Part shown: piece by piece, positions 62,891 to 64,000 of the stretch
How positions within the stretch are numbered: the stretch's first letter is position 1
How the letters are laid out: each line of letters begins with the position of its first letter
Assembly (NCBI GenBank): GCA_017992455.1
Contig: JAGOOP010000001.1
Span: forward strand, 59,723-123,722
Direction: 5' to 3'
Length of the DNA stretch: 64,000 nucleotides
Source of the DNA: Candidatus Omnitrophota bacterium
GTDB taxonomy: Bacteria > Omnitrophota > Gorgyraeia > Gygaellales > Profunditerraquicolaceae
Notes under the pieces: model-generated
What the model was told of the DNA's origin: nothing
The model's database searches: none
What the model saw: only the letters and a program-made list of their open reading frames with translations
Made by a program: the position numbers and the translations under genes

Positions 62891-64000
62891 CTATGAACGG
62901 ATCCCGAACATCTTCGAAAAACTCTTGATCTGCTCGATCCGGAGGGCATGGCACATGATGACGTACGCGGCGATGCCGCAGCCGATCGGAAGCGCGAGAT
63001 CGAATGCGCGGACCAGCAGGTGATTACGCAGGGCGACGTGGTATGTCGAGGCGATAAAGCAGACCTCGCCCATGATAATGCTGGCGCACAGCACCCGGAA
63101 CGAAAATTCAAGCAGGCCCCGGACGCGGAATCCACCCAGTTTCCTGCGCAATATCATAAAAAGCATCAGAAAACTGCTGATGCCCGATATCGACGTCGCA
63201 AGCGCCAGGCCGGACAGTTTGAGCGGGAACATAAAGATCGCGTTCAGGCAGACGTTGAGGACAAGCGCGATCGCGGCGACCTTTGCCGGCGTCACCGTGT
63301 CCTTGATCGCGAAATATCCGCACTGCACGATGCGCGTCGCTCCGTACGCGAACAGCCCGATGCTGTAGAAAAATAACGCGCCCGACGTGATCCCGGTCGA
63401 ATACGCATTGAACCTGCCCCCCTGGAACAGGGAAGATATGACCGTCTTTGAGAGGACCATGAACCCGACGGACGCGGGTATCATGACAAAAAGAACGGAA
63501 CGAAGGCCGAAAAGAAGCGTTTCTTTCAACTGCGCGTGATCCCCTTCGGCCGCCCGGGAAGAAAGCGCGGGCAGGATCGCCTGCGACAGCGAATTCCCGA
63601 ATATGCCCAGCGGGAACTGGATCAGCCGGTACGCGAAATAAAGCGCGGCAACGCCGCCGTCGCCCACGATCCAGGCAAGCGACCCGAAAATGGAATCGGC
63701 AAAGTTATTCAACTGATATATTGCCGAGCTGAAAAGCCGCGGCGTCAGCAGAACGCCGATCCGCCTGACCGCAGGATGGCCAAACCGCGCTGACGGTTGA
63801 AAACGGAACCCTTTCCGGTATAACATCGGCAGCTGGATGGCAAGCTGCAGCGCGCCGCCGATAAGCACGCCTGATGCAAGGCCCGTGGTCCCTTCCCCCC
63901 ACGCAAGCGCGCACAGAATGATCGAAATGTTCAACAGGCAGGGCCCGAACGCGGGAAGCGTAAAATGGCGCAGAGAGTTCAGGACCGCAGTGCAATACGC
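62891..64000 (-). CDS. murJ: lipid II flippase MurJ (N-terminal part outside the window)
   Basis: The frame stays open to position 64000; the track start is an internal TTG. Polytopic, with typical MurJ C-terminal half sequence (FGHPAVRRIGVLLTPRLF...). Confidence 0.85.
   Translation of the reverse strand, partial: AYCTAVLNSLRHFTLPAFGPCLLNISIILCALAWGEGTTGLASGVLIGGALQLAIQLPMLYRKGFRFQPSARFGHPAVRRIGVLLTPRLFSSAIYQLNNFADSIFGSLAWIVGDGGVAALYFAYRLIQFPLGIFGNSLSQAILPALSSRAAEGDHAQLKETLLFGLRSVLFVMIPASVGFMVLSKTVISSLFQGGRFNAYSTGITSGALFFYSIGLFAYGATRIVQCGYFAIKDTVTPAKVAAIALVLNVCLNAIFMFPLKLSGLALATSISGISSFLMLFMILRRKLGGFRVRGLLEFSFRVLCASIIMGEVCFIASTYHVALRNHLLVRAFDLALPIGCGIAAYVIMCHALRIEQIKSFSKMFGIRS

Noticed and set aside
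62611-63135. A 174-aa minus-strand ORF bridging the murJ end, E4 and the uvrC start.
   Set aside because: It reads through the 24-bp inverted repeat and the conserved E4 core, overlaps two solid genes out of frame, and has no motifs.
1-64000. A search for CRISPR arrays, rRNA, prophage or transposase genes, toxin-antitoxin pairs and known defence systems.
   Set aside because: No direct-repeat/spacer periodicity, no rRNA-like sequence, and no integrase, transposase, Cas or restriction-type motifs were recognised. The window looks like core chromosome.

Overview
This is a high-GC (roughly 60%) bacterial chromosomal window with very tight gene packing. About 70 protein genes are called, and all but two (cspA and a CDF transporter) lie on the minus strand. 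The gene content points to a strict or aerotolerant anaerobe: superoxide reductase, flavodiiron protein, rubredoxin, H+-pyrophosphatase, and sulfide-dependent homocysteine synthesis genes. The taxon cannot be assigned without database searches. All product calls rest on motif-level recognition of the translated ORFs.

Main blocks:
- **1-12449:** a nearly complete purine operon, purB / purS-purS-purL fusion / LOG / purQ / purF-like / purF / purM / SPFH / purD / purE.
- **12450-17203:** a divergent cspA locus, tRNA-Phe, an SGNH/TPR protein and an NSS transporter.
- **17278-21636:** a GH1 / cNMP-patatin / lipoprotein / NnrE operon.
- **21986-31296:** housekeeping genes (uppP, rluA-like, nadA, birA) followed by a COG1900 / NifU-like / NIL-ferredoxin / PilZ homocysteine-type cluster.
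- **31571-37983:** hppA, sufC-sufBD, lgt, split chrA and thiE.
- **38011-42527:** an O2/ROS detoxification cluster of TrxB-like, Grx-like, PNPOx-like, SOR, FDP, an unannotated rubredoxin and LDH.
- **42534-64000:** envelope and translation genes, including a CsgG-like pair, bioY, lpxL-like, lnt, secA, prfB with its programmed +1 frameshift, pilT, GT2, PEGA, ogt, a short uvrC and murJ.

No CRISPR array, rRNA, transposase, integrase or obvious defence island was seen.

The most interesting signal is non-coding. It is a family of GC-rich structured elements with long, perfect, copy-specific closing stems around a shared core. Members are E1 (1781-1932), E4 (62714-62885) and possibly a reduced E3 (38939-39020). 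A larger relative, E2 (about 21657-21936), has its own sigma70-type promoter and double terminator.

Other points worth a second look:
- An intrinsic terminator inside the cspA leader.
- Several operon-first genes that look leaderless.
- A Ser1 purF paralog.
- A LOG gene translationally coupled inside the pur operon.
- Two small genes missing from the ORF track: a rubredoxin and a Thx-like basic peptide.
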